From NCBI GenBank assembly GCA_963662585.1, contig OY759729.1:96001-160000 (forward strand): a DNA stretch of 64,000 nt, read 5' to 3'. The notes below the pieces were generated by a model. That model was not told where the DNA came from, did no database searches, and saw only the letters and a program-made list of their open reading frames with translations. Shown here in pieces: positions 1-9,564 of this stretch. Origin of the DNA: Candidatus Cloacimonadales bacterium. Its GTDB lineage: Bacteria; Cloacimonadota; Cloacimonadia; Cloacimonadales; JAFGVF01. The position numbers and the translations under genes are program-made. Within the stretch, counting starts at the first letter, position 1; every line of letters begins with the position of its first letter.

Positions 1-59
1 AAAAGGCTAAGTTAATAAGCCCCTAAATTAGTGTTAAATCAGGCAAAAGGTCTTAATTA

Positions 60-1304
60 TCATTTCGCTTCCCCTTCTTTCCAGTCAATAGCAACCATCT
101 GACCTCTCTGCTCATTAACTCTCTGCAAGAATAATAATCCTAATACAAAGAAAGGAATAACTGTCAGAATAGAATATTTGATATTTCCAGTCCACTTACT
201 TACTAAACCAAAGAGAATAGGTCCTATTACTGCAGACATTCTACCAGTAACAGTATAAAATCCAAAGAATTCAGCATTTTTACTTTTAGGTGTTAAGGAG
301 GCAAGCATAGCACGACTATTAGCTTGGGTAGAACCGATTGCAAAACCTGCAAGGAGAATTACAAAATAGTAGTCTTTTTTAGCTGGAGATAAAAAAGCCC
401 AAACAATTACTGACAGCCAGATAAATAAGCATATAGTAAGAGTTTTTTTGTGTCCGATTTTATCTGCAATATAACCAAAAATAAAGGCACCTAATATTGA
501 AGTAAACTGAGCAAAAATAAAAACTTTTATTGATTCAGCTGAGGTCATACCATATCTTTCCTGTCCATAAATCATAGTAAATCCAATAGCTGTTGAGATT
601 GCATCATTATAGAAAAAGAAACTTATTAGAAATGCCCCTAGATCTCTGAAAGAGCGGATAGAGCGAAAAGAATCACTGATTCTGTTATAGGCAATTCTAA
701 AATAATTAGAGCGTTTCGAAGTTCTCTTAAATTCTTTAAGCAAGACAAAAGTAATTATAGCAAAAAATCCATAATAGATACCAACCATAGGGAATACCAG
801 AGCAATTTTATCAAGATTCACTAACCACAAGGCTAAAACAAGTGAAAAAAGTCCTCCCAGATATCCAAAGGCCCAGCCAAAACCGGATATTCTCCCGAGT
901 TGTTGAGGACTTGCAATTTCAGGTAAAAATGAGTCATAAAAGACAATCGCTGAGTGAAACCCAAAATTGGCTAAAATAAAGTATAGCATTCCTGTGAAGA
1001 TAGAACCTGGTCCAACAAAACCTAGAAGAATAGTAAAGATTACTGAAAGATAAGTACTATAGAAAAGAAACTTTTTCTTGGCACGAGAATAATCTGCTAC
1101 AGCTCCAAAAACAGGAGCAGTTAAAGCTACTAAAAACATTGAAATAGCGATAGCTAAACCCCAAAGAAAAGAACCATCCCCTCTATCACCAACGACAACT
1201 GTTTTAAAATACACACTATAAACAACAGTTACAATAATAGTCGTAAATGATGAGTTAGCGAAATCATAAGCCATCCAACCAAAAATATTCTTATTCAATT
1301 TCAT
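60..1304 (-). CDS. MFS transporter, UMF1/Atg22-like family
   Basis: About 12 hydrophobic segments; family-typical N-terminus GWMAYDFANSSF, GAVADYSRAKK loop, GYIADKIG and EFFGFY motifs. Confidence 0.85.
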   Translation of the reverse strand: MKLNKNIFGWMAYDFANSSFTTIIVTVVYSVYFKTVVVGDRGDGSFLWGLAIAISMFLVALTAPVFGAVADYSRAKKKFLFYSTYLSVIFTILLGFVGPGSIFTGMLYFILANFGFHSAIVFYDSFLPEIASPQQLGRISGFGWAFGYLGGLFSLVLALWLVNLDKIALVFPMVGIYYGFFAIITFVLLKEFKRTSKRSNYFRIAYNRISDSFRSIRSFRDLGAFLISFFFYNDAISTAIGFTMIYGQERYGMTSAESIKVFIFAQFTSILGAFIFGYIADKIGHKKTLTICLFIWLSVIVWAFLSPAKKDYYFVILLAGFAIGSTQANSRAMLASLTPKSKNAEFFGFYTVTGRMSAVIGPILFGLVSKWTGNIKYSILTVIPFFVLGLLFLQRVNEQRGQMVAIDWKEGEAK

Positions 1305-2367
1305 TAAGTAGGCCTTTATTTAACTCAATAACAGGAAAGTTAAATTCATTATAGTTATCAATATTAGGTGATGCAATCAAAATTTGATGCTCATCTGTAA
1401 GAAGTTTTAAGATTTTTTCTACTCTATTCTTATCAAGTTCAGAAAGAGCATCATCAAAAATTATAATTGGTAGGGTTTTAAGACTTTCTCTAATCATTCC
1501 AATTTGGGCAAATCTTAGAGCAATGACCAGTGATCTTCGCTGACCTTGAGAAGAATATCTCTTTACTGAATATCCGTTAATATTAAAATCATATTCATCT
1601 AAATGGGGACCGATTAAAGTCCGTTTATATTCAAATTCACTTGGCTCAACTTTTGCTAAGTAGTTCTCAAGCCATTCTTTTTCATATTCAACATGATTAT
1701 TAGCTTCATAGTTGATTTCTAAAGATTCAAAGGAGTCGGTGATATCATTGAGAATAGCTTCTGCAATTTTAATAAAACGAGCTAAGTACTTCTTTCGATA
1801 CTCTACTAATTCAATAGCTTTAGAGATGAATTGTTGATTCCACTGCTTTAGTTGAGACTTAAACTTTTCGTCCTTTAGAATTGAATTTCTTTGTTCTAAA
1901 ACACGGTAATACTCTCTAAGTACTTCGCTATAGAGGACAGATGATTGAGTAATTGCTTGGTCAAAAAAACTTCTTCTCTTCTGTCTGTTCCCATTCACAA
2001 GCCAGATGTCGTCAGCAGAAAAATAGACAATTTTCAAGTAGTTATATAATTCACTAATTCTATTAATTGGCGTATTATTTAGTTTAATTACTTTTTTGTT
2101 TTTGGAACAAAGGATCTGAAAATTAAAGATTTTATTATCATCTTCATAGATACTAGTAATTGCAAATTCAGAAGAGTCAAAATTTATTAAATCAACATCA
2201 GCAAATTGTCTTACTGATTTTCCAAAGGCAGGATAGCAGATAGCTTCAAGAAGATTAGTCTTACCAACGCCATTTTTGCCGGTGATAAGACTCCCTTCTT
2301 TTTCAAATTTAAATTTCTGCTTTGAATAGTTCCTAAAATTATAAAGAGATATTTCTTTAATATTCAC
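1291..2367 (-). CDS. recF: DNA replication/repair protein RecF
   Basis: NFRNY, Walker A GKNGVGKTNLLEAI, GPHLDE, SQGQRRSL signature, DDALSELD; directly downstream of dnaN; GTG start. Confidence 0.95.
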   Translation of the reverse strand: MNIKEISLYNFRNYSKQKFKFEKEGSLITGKNGVGKTNLLEAICYPAFGKSVRQFADVDLINFDSSEFAITSIYEDDNKIFNFQILCSKNKKVIKLNNTPINRISELYNYLKIVYFSADDIWLVNGNRQKRRSFFDQAITQSSVLYSEVLREYYRVLEQRNSILKDEKFKSQLKQWNQQFISKAIELVEYRKKYLARFIKIAEAILNDITDSFESLEINYEANNHVEYEKEWLENYLAKVEPSEFEYKRTLIGPHLDEYDFNINGYSVKRYSSQGQRRSLVIALRFAQIGMIRESLKTLPIIIFDDALSELDKNRVEKILKLLTDEHQILIASPNIDNYNEFNFPVIELNKGLLNEIE

Positions 2368-2370
2368 TTA

Positions 2371-3516
2371 TTATCTAGCAACTCTCAATGGCATTAATAG
2401 GTATCTAAGTAAAGTTCCTTCAGGGTCTTTTTCATTATAGAAAAGGGCAGGATTTTTTGCTTCACCCATACAGATTTTTACATTATCTGTATCAATACAG
2501 TCTATGATTACACTTAAGAACTTAAAGTTAAAGGCAATACTTACATCTTCCCCATTATACTTAATGTCATTAATAAACTCTTTAGCTCCACCTTTTTCAT
2601 CATTGCTAGTTGCTAACTCTAAAGTGTTGCCTTTGATATTAAACATAATCTTAAAACTATCCACAGGAGCAACTAAAGAAATTCTCTTAACAGCTGTCTT
2701 CAATTGTTGTTTGTCAAGTAACAACTCATGTGGTAAGGATTCAGGGAATACTTTTGTGTAGTCAGGGAATTTTGTAGTCATAAGGTGTGAGAAAACAATA
2801 AAGTTTCTGTATTTAAAGACAACTTTATTTTTACCGATATCAGCTTGAAGAATATCAGATTCATCAGAAATGATTTTTTGAAGGAAACTAATTCCGCCAG
2901 TAGGAAGAACAATTTTCATCATATCTTCATCTGGCTCGATAGTATTGACAAAATCTTTAGTTTCTGAATCAATAGCAATATGAGCAATTTTCTTACTATC
3001 AGTAGCAACCATAGCTTGTTTCTCAGCTGAAATTTCCCAGAGAATACCAGAGAAGATAGAGTTTGTTTGATCTTTCTGAACAGCAACTATAGTTTTATTA
3101 ATCATCTTATCAAATTCAGAGGCCTTAAACTGAATAGAATTTTCGAAAGTTGCATCTGGAATTAATGGGAAATTAGAATAGTCTGACAAATTCAAATTAA
3201 AGTCAATATTTTCACAATGTATTTTTAATAATTCATCATCTTTAGTAAAAGATATCTGAGAGTCTGGCAAAGCTGAAATTATTTCATTAAAATCTTTTGC
3301 AGTTACTGCAATTGTACCAGATTCCATAACTGTAGCATTAAAAGTTACGATAACAGTTATTTTTAAGTCGGTAGTTGTTATTTTAATCAAATTATCAATT
3401 TCTATTGCTTCTATTAAATAATTAGTTAATATTGGCATTGTGTTTTTGCTTGGTACAACATTAGATAGATGTTGAATGTTGTGTAATAAATCTCCCTTAT
3501 CAATAAAAAACTTCAT
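2371..3516 (-). CDS. dnaN: DNA polymerase III beta sliding clamp
   Basis: MPIL, TTDL, VATDS, FPDY, IAFNFKF and C-terminal YLLMPLR motifs; 381 aa. Confidence 0.95.
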   Translation of the reverse strand: MKFFIDKGDLLHNIQHLSNVVPSKNTMPILTNYLIEAIEIDNLIKITTTDLKITVIVTFNATVMESGTIAVTAKDFNEIISALPDSQISFTKDDELLKIHCENIDFNLNLSDYSNFPLIPDATFENSIQFKASEFDKMINKTIVAVQKDQTNSIFSGILWEISAEKQAMVATDSKKIAHIAIDSETKDFVNTIEPDEDMMKIVLPTGGISFLQKIISDESDILQADIGKNKVVFKYRNFIVFSHLMTTKFPDYTKVFPESLPHELLLDKQQLKTAVKRISLVAPVDSFKIMFNIKGNTLELATSNDEKGGAKEFINDIKYNGEDVSIAFNFKFLSVIIDCIDTDNVKICMGEAKNPALFYNEKDPEGTLLRYLLMPLRVAR

Positions 3517-3683
3517 CTTTACCCCTTAATTCACATTAATTTTTTCTTATTATTTTAATCTCAATTTGTTCTTACTAAAATTATCGTCAAGGAAAATATC
3601 GGATAATTTTTAAACTGATCACTTAACCTAAAATCTAAAGAGTTAGGAAATGCACTTTTAGGTTAATAATAATATTCGCAGAA

Positions 3684-3720
3684 TAAAAAACACAGATAAA
3701 AGTGTATCTTACCTGTGTTC
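3684..3720 (-). terminator. Rho-independent terminator after the 360-aa gene
   Basis: Minus strand AACACAGGTAA-loop-TTATCTGTGTT followed by a T run, just after the stop at 3740. Confidence 0.55.
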
Positions 3721-3739
3721 CACTTTAAAATTATATTAT

Positions 3740-4822
3740 TTATTCGTTTGTGTTATTCTCTGTATCAGCTTCTAACTCTTTTTCTGCTTCTTCTTTTAAT
3801 TTATTAACATTTCTCTCTTCAATTAGCATTCTCTCTTTTTCTAAGCGAGATGCTTCTTTCTTTTCAGCTTTCTCTTTTTCTCGATCAGCTTTAGCTTTAA
3901 TTTTGGCTAGTTCTTTAGCATTTTCTTCCGCTTTTTCCTGAAGAGTAGCTTGGAGATTATCCCATGCTTCATCACCTTTATGGAATTTATCAGTTATTAT
4001 AGGATAGTTTTCATAGTATATTTCTCTTTTCATAACTAATTCTTCAATACCACCGAAATCTTGGGACTTTTCGTAAATTGTTTCAAGGGTTAAGCGCCCC
4101 ATGACATCATAAACAAAATTTTCTACTACAGAACGATTAGTTTTGAAATCAATAGTAGATTTCTTGATAAGATTATCTGCATTATCATAGTCATATTCAA
4201 CAACAGTAATTAAAGAATCAAGATAATCTATTTTTCTTTGAGAGTTTAATCTCTTGTTTTCATTATAAATATAATTATCATAATAAACAGGAAAACCATC
4301 ATAATCATAAGTGATAATCTTTTCTATTCGTTGATCAGGATATTTTATCTTAACATCAGAATAGAGAGGATAACCAGCATCATTGTAGTACTCATACTTT
4401 GTTTGATGCTTTTTAGGATCAGTATTACTTATTGTCCTTTTTAAAAGTTTTCCACCCCAGGAATAAAGGGTTTCTTCAGTGTCACCATATTCGTTAAGGT
4501 ACTTTGTGGTAAATCGCTCAGTAATTACATTATGGGTGCTGTAGAAAGACCTTACATCTAAAGTATCAGAATAAGTATAAGTATAATAACCTCGATAAGA
4601 ATCATTGCCTCCATATTGAGTAATTTCCTTGATTCTACCTTCATTATCAAAATCATAATAGTTCTTTGTGGTTATGTAAGTTCTTTTCAAATCGTAAGAT
4701 GGAATAATTCTATGAGTCTTTACATAACATTTATCAATATCTTTAAATAACTCTAAGGGTATTTCTTGGCTGAATAATCTACCAAGCATTAAAATAGCAA
4801 CTATTACAAGAATCTTTTTCAT
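3740..4822 (-). CDS. Secreted hypothetical protein with YD/RHS-like beta repeats and a charged coiled-coil tail
   Basis: Signal-peptide-like N-terminus; YDFDNEGRI, YDYDNADNL and YDVMGRL repeats; E/K/A-rich C-terminus. Confidence 0.6.
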   Translation of the reverse strand: MKKILVIVAILMLGRLFSQEIPLELFKDIDKCYVKTHRIIPSYDLKRTYITTKNYYDFDNEGRIKEITQYGGNDSYRGYYTYTYSDTLDVRSFYSTHNVITERFTTKYLNEYGDTEETLYSWGGKLLKRTISNTDPKKHQTKYEYYNDAGYPLYSDVKIKYPDQRIEKIITYDYDGFPVYYDNYIYNENKRLNSQRKIDYLDSLITVVEYDYDNADNLIKKSTIDFKTNRSVVENFVYDVMGRLTLETIYEKSQDFGGIEELVMKREIYYENYPIITDKFHKGDEAWDNLQATLQEKAEENAKELAKIKAKADREKEKAEKKEASRLEKERMLIEERNVNKLKEEAEKELEADTENNTNE

Positions 4823-4865
4823 ATTATTTTACCTCTAAATTTAAGACTCATTTCAAATTAAAGAC

Positions 4866-5504
4866 TTAGTTATTGTTCAAAATTTCTTCTAAAGTTGAAT
4901 CATCAGTCTTAGTCTTTACATTATCAATAAGAGGATCTGTGGATAAACCCAAAGAATCTCTTTCAGTGACAACATCTTCAATTTCCGACTCTATAAAAAG
5001 TGTTACCTGACTGCCTTTTAAGACTTTAGTACCGACACCTGGTTCTACTTTCACAACTGTATTCTGATCGTAAAGTCCGTAGCTCTTTTTAACAAACTTA
5101 ACATCTAAGCCTAACTGTTTTAACCTAGAACTAGCGTTTATAGCATTTTCTTCCAAAACCAAAGGAATAACAACTTGTTTTCCTCCAGTACTTACTTCCA
5201 TTTTAATCCTGTTCGTGTTTTTTACAATTTTATTAGCCTTAGGAATTTGGGATATTACAGTTCTATCAGGATACTTAGGTGATGTTACCCAAATTATTGC
5301 TAGAGAATCCTGAAAGGAAAAACCTGCTTCTCTAAGTTTTTGTTTAGCTACAGATAATTCTAAATTTACTATATCAGGAGTTTTGATAGATTTTCCAATA
5401 TCCAATTTCATCGGTATTACAAACTTAGTTGTAACAACGAGAATAATCCACACAAATATAATAAACAATATTAGGGCAAATCCAAATGCTTTTAAATTCT
5501 TCAT
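4866..5504 (-). CDS. Membrane-anchored PASTA-domain protein (two PASTA repeats)
   Basis: N-terminal TM; TPDIVNL..A..KL..AG, VISQIP, VVKVEPGVGTKV motifs. Confidence 0.85.
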   Translation of the reverse strand: MKNLKAFGFALILFIIFVWIILVVTTKFVIPMKLDIGKSIKTPDIVNLELSVAKQKLREAGFSFQDSLAIIWVTSPKYPDRTVISQIPKANKIVKNTNRIKMEVSTGGKQVVIPLVLEENAINASSRLKQLGLDVKFVKKSYGLYDQNTVVKVEPGVGTKVLKGSQVTLFIESEIEDVVTERDSLGLSTDPLIDNVKTKTDDSTLEEILNNN

Positions 5505-5510
5505 AATATT

Positions 5511-6827
5511 CTAATTTAACCTTTTTAATTTTGCTCCAAAAGAGCCGTCCATTTGATGCTTATGAGGTATTGTTTTAAGATAATTATTGTCAGTGTAGAT
5601 ACTATTAACAAATTGATCAGCAGAAACTAATTCAAAGTTTGAGTGTTTGGACAAGAACTTAGTAATTTGATCTTCATTTTCCATAGGGTTCATTGTACAT
5701 GTAGAATAGATAATATAGCCATTTACTTTCACAAATTTAGCTGCATAATTAAGAGCATTGCTTTGAATCTTTAGAAGTTCATTATACTTCTGATGAGATT
5801 GCCATCTTAGTTCAGATTTTTTACCTAGCACTCCCCAACCTGAACAAGGTACATCTAATAAAACTTTGTCATAAGCAGGTGCGATAGGGCCATATTGAAG
5901 AGCATCTTGAGTAATAAGTTTAACATTTGATATTTGAAGCCTTTCTAAAGCTTGTTTTATTAACTTTACTTTTTTAGGGTACTTATCAATAGCGATTATC
6001 TGGCCATTATTATTCATAAGTTCAGCCATGTAAGTTGTTTTCCCACCGGGACCTGCAAACATATCTAAAATGTTATCTTCTTGCTGAGGAGCAACAAGAT
6101 CGACCACTAAAGAAGCTGCAGCATCTTGAATAGAATAATAACCTTCTGAAAAAGCTACATCATCTAAAACCAATTGAGCTTTATCAGCCTTATAAACATT
6201 ACTAACACCAGGGTAAGTTTTTAGGGTTACACCTCTTTTATTGAAATATGATATAAGTTTATCTATCGAGGTAGCGGTATTATTCACTCGAATATTAATT
6301 TCAGGAAATTCATTAAAGTACATAGCAAGATACTCAGTATCTTCAATACCAAAGATTGTCGCCCAGCTTTCTATTAAGTCTTTTGGGTAAGAGTGCTCTA
6401 TTGAAATTCTTTCAATATCATCTTCAGGAAGTTTAATCTCGTCTGATCTTAGATAATTACGGAGAACAGCATTAACAAAATCTGCTGTATTTTGACTGAA
6501 TAAATCCTTGGCCAATTCAACTGTAGTATCGACTGCAGAATGGTCAGGAACGCTATCTAGATAGATAATTTGAAAAATACCTAAATACAATAATATTTTA
6601 ATTTTTAGATCAGTTTTAGCAAACTTCTTATCATCTGTAAGTTGCTGACATATATATTCTAAATACAATTTTCTTTTAATTACGCCTTTAACTAAAGTAT
6701 AGAAAAATTCATGGTTACCATTATTCTTCTTGATTTTGTTAGCTTCATTGCTTAGTAAGCTGGAAGACATTTCATTATCTTTAAGAACTTTATATATAAC
6801 TTTATAGGCAGTTTTTCTTTCTAACAT
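5511..6827 (-). CDS. rsmB: 16S rRNA m5C967 methyltransferase RsmB/Sun
   Basis: N-terminal NusB-like domain (FVNAVLR), IQD, DMFAGPGGKT, DVPCSGWG and YSTCT motifs. Confidence 0.93.
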   Translation of the reverse strand: MLERKTAYKVIYKVLKDNEMSSSLLSNEANKIKKNNGNHEFFYTLVKGVIKRKLYLEYICQQLTDDKKFAKTDLKIKILLYLGIFQIIYLDSVPDHSAVDTTVELAKDLFSQNTADFVNAVLRNYLRSDEIKLPEDDIERISIEHSYPKDLIESWATIFGIEDTEYLAMYFNEFPEINIRVNNTATSIDKLISYFNKRGVTLKTYPGVSNVYKADKAQLVLDDVAFSEGYYSIQDAAASLVVDLVAPQQEDNILDMFAGPGGKTTYMAELMNNNGQIIAIDKYPKKVKLIKQALERLQISNVKLITQDALQYGPIAPAYDKVLLDVPCSGWGVLGKKSELRWQSHQKYNELLKIQSNALNYAAKFVKVNGYIIYSTCTMNPMENEDQITKFLSKHSNFELVSADQFVNSIYTDNNYLKTIPHKHQMDGSFGAKLKRLN

Positions 6828-6830
6828 ATT

Positions 6831-7427
6831 TTAACCCTTTTTGTATAAATTTTTTATACTCTTTTTAATTAAATCTTCAACCTCAATTTGTGGTTCAAGA
6901 GATAGGATAGACTGAAAAGCTTTTCTAATATCAAATGCTTTATAACCTAAAGTAAGCAGTGCGTTTTCTGCTTCTTTAGCAACATCGTTAAGTTGTGGAC
7001 TATTAAATTCATGCCCTATTATTTCAATATCATCAAGTTTATCTTTGAGCTCGATTATTAATCTTTGAGCTGTTTTCTTGCCTAAGCCAGGTACTTTAGA
7101 TAATAAAGAGTAATCATCGCTCAGGATTGAATTTATGATTGTGGCTACTGGGAGAGCCGAAAGCATTGAAAGAGCAATTTTTGGACCTACTCTAGAAATT
7201 GAGATGAGTTTGCGAAAGAGTGCTTTTTCATCTTTGCTATAAAAGCCAAAAAGTCTAACCCCTTCATCGTTTTGATGATGATGAATAAGCAGTTTTATCT
7301 CTGCTTGAGATCTAATCTTTTCATAAGTTGTAAGAGATATTTCAACTTCATAACCTACTCCATGGCAATCTATAACACAGTAGAGTGGAGTTAATTCAGC
7401 TACTATACCTTTCAGATAATTGAACAT
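6831..7427 (-). CDS. ruvA: Holliday junction branch migration protein RuvA
   Basis: GVGYEV, LFGF, VGPKIAL, VPGLGKKTAQRLIIELK and ALLTLGY motifs. Confidence 0.95.
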   Translation of the reverse strand: MFNYLKGIVAELTPLYCVIDCHGVGYEVEISLTTYEKIRSQAEIKLLIHHHQNDEGVRLFGFYSKDEKALFRKLISISRVGPKIALSMLSALPVATIINSILSDDYSLLSKVPGLGKKTAQRLIIELKDKLDDIEIIGHEFNSPQLNDVAKEAENALLTLGYKAFDIRKAFQSILSLEPQIEVEDLIKKSIKNLYKKG

Positions 7428-7437
7428 TATATTTTCC

Positions 7438-8211
7438 TCATTTTTTTAATACAGCATAACAAGTTGTACTAAGAAAATTTCTCAAGTAAGGGATTTGGGC
7501 AAGATACTTATTCAGAACAATAGGTTTTAAGTTAAATTTAACCTCATAATTTGGATTAATGAAATAAAGTCTAGCGGCGAGAAATTTAAAATCTGTTTCT
7601 TGGATAAGCTTACCAAAATGCTCTAAAGTTACTTTGCTTTCATTTAATTCTATAAGTTCTTTAATTACTTCTTCTCTTTCACCTGAAATTTTCAAAATAT
7701 TACGATAAATATGACTGTTTAGTAGGTGGATGAAGGGTATTTTGGAAAGAAAAGAGTTTAGCATTTGTTGATGACCACCAAAGGGATTTTGCCAAGGTGG
7801 AAAAGCAATAAAGGCAATTCCAGATGGTTTTAAGTGCTCATAAGTAAAAGACAGTAGTTTTTCATGGTCAATAATGTGCTCAATTACATCTCTAAAAAAT
7901 ATCAAATCGAACTCTCCTAAAGAATTGATGTTGAAAACATCTTCATCTAATAACAGACATCTATTATCCTTAATATAATCAGATAAGTAGTTTTTGCCAT
8001 TAGCTATTTTATCTTTTGCTAAATCTACTCCAACTACCTTACAGCCTTGTTTTAGAAAAGGCTTGAGATTACCGCCCTCACCACACCCTATCTCAAGGAC
8101 AGAGATATTTTCTGTGGACAGATATTGATTTAGGAAAGGGATTACATATTTAGTGGTTGTAATAACTTGCTCGTTAAAGTATTTCTCTCGATCTTTATGT
8201 CTGTTTTGCAT
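7438..8211 (-). CDS. Class I SAM-dependent methyltransferase
   Basis: VLEIGCGEGG motif I, VGVDL, FDLIFFRDVIEHI, LKPSG. Confidence 0.85.
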   Translation of the reverse strand: MQNRHKDREKYFNEQVITTTKYVIPFLNQYLSTENISVLEIGCGEGGNLKPFLKQGCKVVGVDLAKDKIANGKNYLSDYIKDNRCLLLDEDVFNINSLGEFDLIFFRDVIEHIIDHEKLLSFTYEHLKPSGIAFIAFPPWQNPFGGHQQMLNSFLSKIPFIHLLNSHIYRNILKISGEREEVIKELIELNESKVTLEHFGKLIQETDFKFLAARLYFINPNYEVKFNLKPIVLNKYLAQIPYLRNFLSTTCYAVLKK

Positions 8212-8710
8212 AGCCCTCTTCCATTAAATTAAGATTTCCAAACTTTACTTTATTAAAGTGAGTGTAGGCTACAGATAAAGCATCTGAAGCATCTTCCGAT
8301 TGTATGGGTTCTTTTAAACCTATAATCTTTTGAATCATTAACCTAACTTGTGTTTTGTTAGCATTACCATTTCCTGTAACTGCTTTTTTCACTTCTCTTG
8401 GAGAGTATTCAAAAACTTTGATATTTGATAAAGCACATGCCAAGAGAATAACCCCTCGGGCATGTGCTAAAGTTATTGAAGACTGAATATTCTTACCATA
8501 GAAGATAGTCTCAACTACAGCAATATCAGGCTTATACTCTTCTATTATGGAAGAAATCACCTGGAATAATTGTGTTAATTTCTCACTTAATTGCTCTTGT
8601 GAGTTTAATTTGATAACATCACAACCAGCTGCAAGAACTTTCCTTTTTTCTGTTTGAATGATACCATATCCACAAAATCTGGTTCCTGGATCAAAACCAA
8701 TAATAGTCAT
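8195..8710 (-). CDS. ruvC: Crossover junction endodeoxyribonuclease RuvC
   Basis: IGFDPG, VVETIFY, HARGV, YSPREVKKAVTGNGNANK and DASDALSVA motifs. Confidence 0.96.
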   Translation of the reverse strand: MTIIGFDPGTRFCGYGIIQTEKRKVLAAGCDVIKLNSQEQLSEKLTQLFQVISSIIEEYKPDIAVVETIFYGKNIQSSITLAHARGVILLACALSNIKVFEYSPREVKKAVTGNGNANKTQVRLMIQKIIGLKEPIQSEDASDALSVAYTHFNKVKFGNLNLMEEGYAKQT

Positions 8711-9460
8711 CTATTCTTGATTAAGTTTTTCCATCACTTCGTCTGAGATGTCAAAATTAGCCCAAACTTTTTGAGTATCATCTAAATCATCAAGAATATC
8801 TAAGAGTCTCATTAATTTTTCTGCCACTGCATCTGCATTTACTGTAGTTTTAGGAACTTTAATTAAGGCAGGTTCCTGTGGTTCATAGCCAGCTTCTTCA
8901 AAGTTTTTCATAACAGTATGAAAATCAGAAGCAACTGTATAAACTTCGAACATATCATCTTCTAATTTAACATCTTCAGCTCCAGCTTCCAACGCTTCCA
9001 TCATGAATTCATCTTCATCTTTTCCTTCTGCAGAAATAAGAAAGAATCCTTTTTGTTCGAAATTCCAAGAAACAGAACCTGATTCAGCCATAGAACCACC
9101 ATACTTACTGAGTGTATGTCTAATCTCAGCAACAGTTCTATTTTTGTTATCAGTAGTGCAATCTATTAATATAGCAACACCACCGTGACCGTAGCCTTCG
9201 TAGGTGATTTCTTCATAAGTTACACCTTCTATCTCACCGGTACCTCTTTTAATAGCTCTTTCAATATTATCCTTAGGCATATTTTGGTCACGAGCTGCTT
9301 GAACAGCTGTTCTTAAACGAGGATTCATTTCTGGATCTCCTCCGCCCATACGAGCTGCAATCACAATCTCTTTTCCTAACTTAGTAAATACTTTTCCACG
9401 CTTTGCGTCGGCTGCACCTTTTTTATGTTTAATTGAGCTCCACTTATTATGTCCTGACAT
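8711..9460 (-). CDS. yebC: YebC/PmpR family protein
   Basis: MSGHNKWSSIKHKK, NPRLR, MPKDNIERAI, YEGYG and TDNKNRT motifs; start moved to the ATG at 9460 for RBS spacing. Confidence 0.96.
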   Translation of the reverse strand: MSGHNKWSSIKHKKGAADAKRGKVFTKLGKEIVIAARMGGGDPEMNPRLRTAVQAARDQNMPKDNIERAIKRGTGEIEGVTYEEITYEGYGHGGVAILIDCTTDNKNRTVAEIRHTLSKYGGSMAESGSVSWNFEQKGFFLISAEGKDEDEFMMEALEAGAEDVKLEDDMFEVYTVASDFHTVMKNFEEAGYEPQEPALIKVPKTTVNADAVAEKLMRLLDILDDLDDTQKVWANFDISDEVMEKLNQE

Positions 9461-9481
9461 TGGCATTCCTCTCTAATTTTG

Positions 9482-9511
9482 ATTTAAAAGAGCCGACTAT
9501 TAAGCCGGCTC
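9482..9511 (-). terminator. Terminator-like hairpin between EF-G2 and yebC
   Basis: GAGCCG...CGGCTC stem followed by TTTT on the minus strand. Confidence 0.45.
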
Positions 9512-9564
9512 GAGTTTAATAACCTATTTAAGTTAATAAATTTTCTATATGTTTTTTTGTCAAT

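Noticed and set aside
3517..3739. oriC upstream of dnaN
   Set aside because: No perfect TTATCCACA boxes and no dnaA; only poor matches
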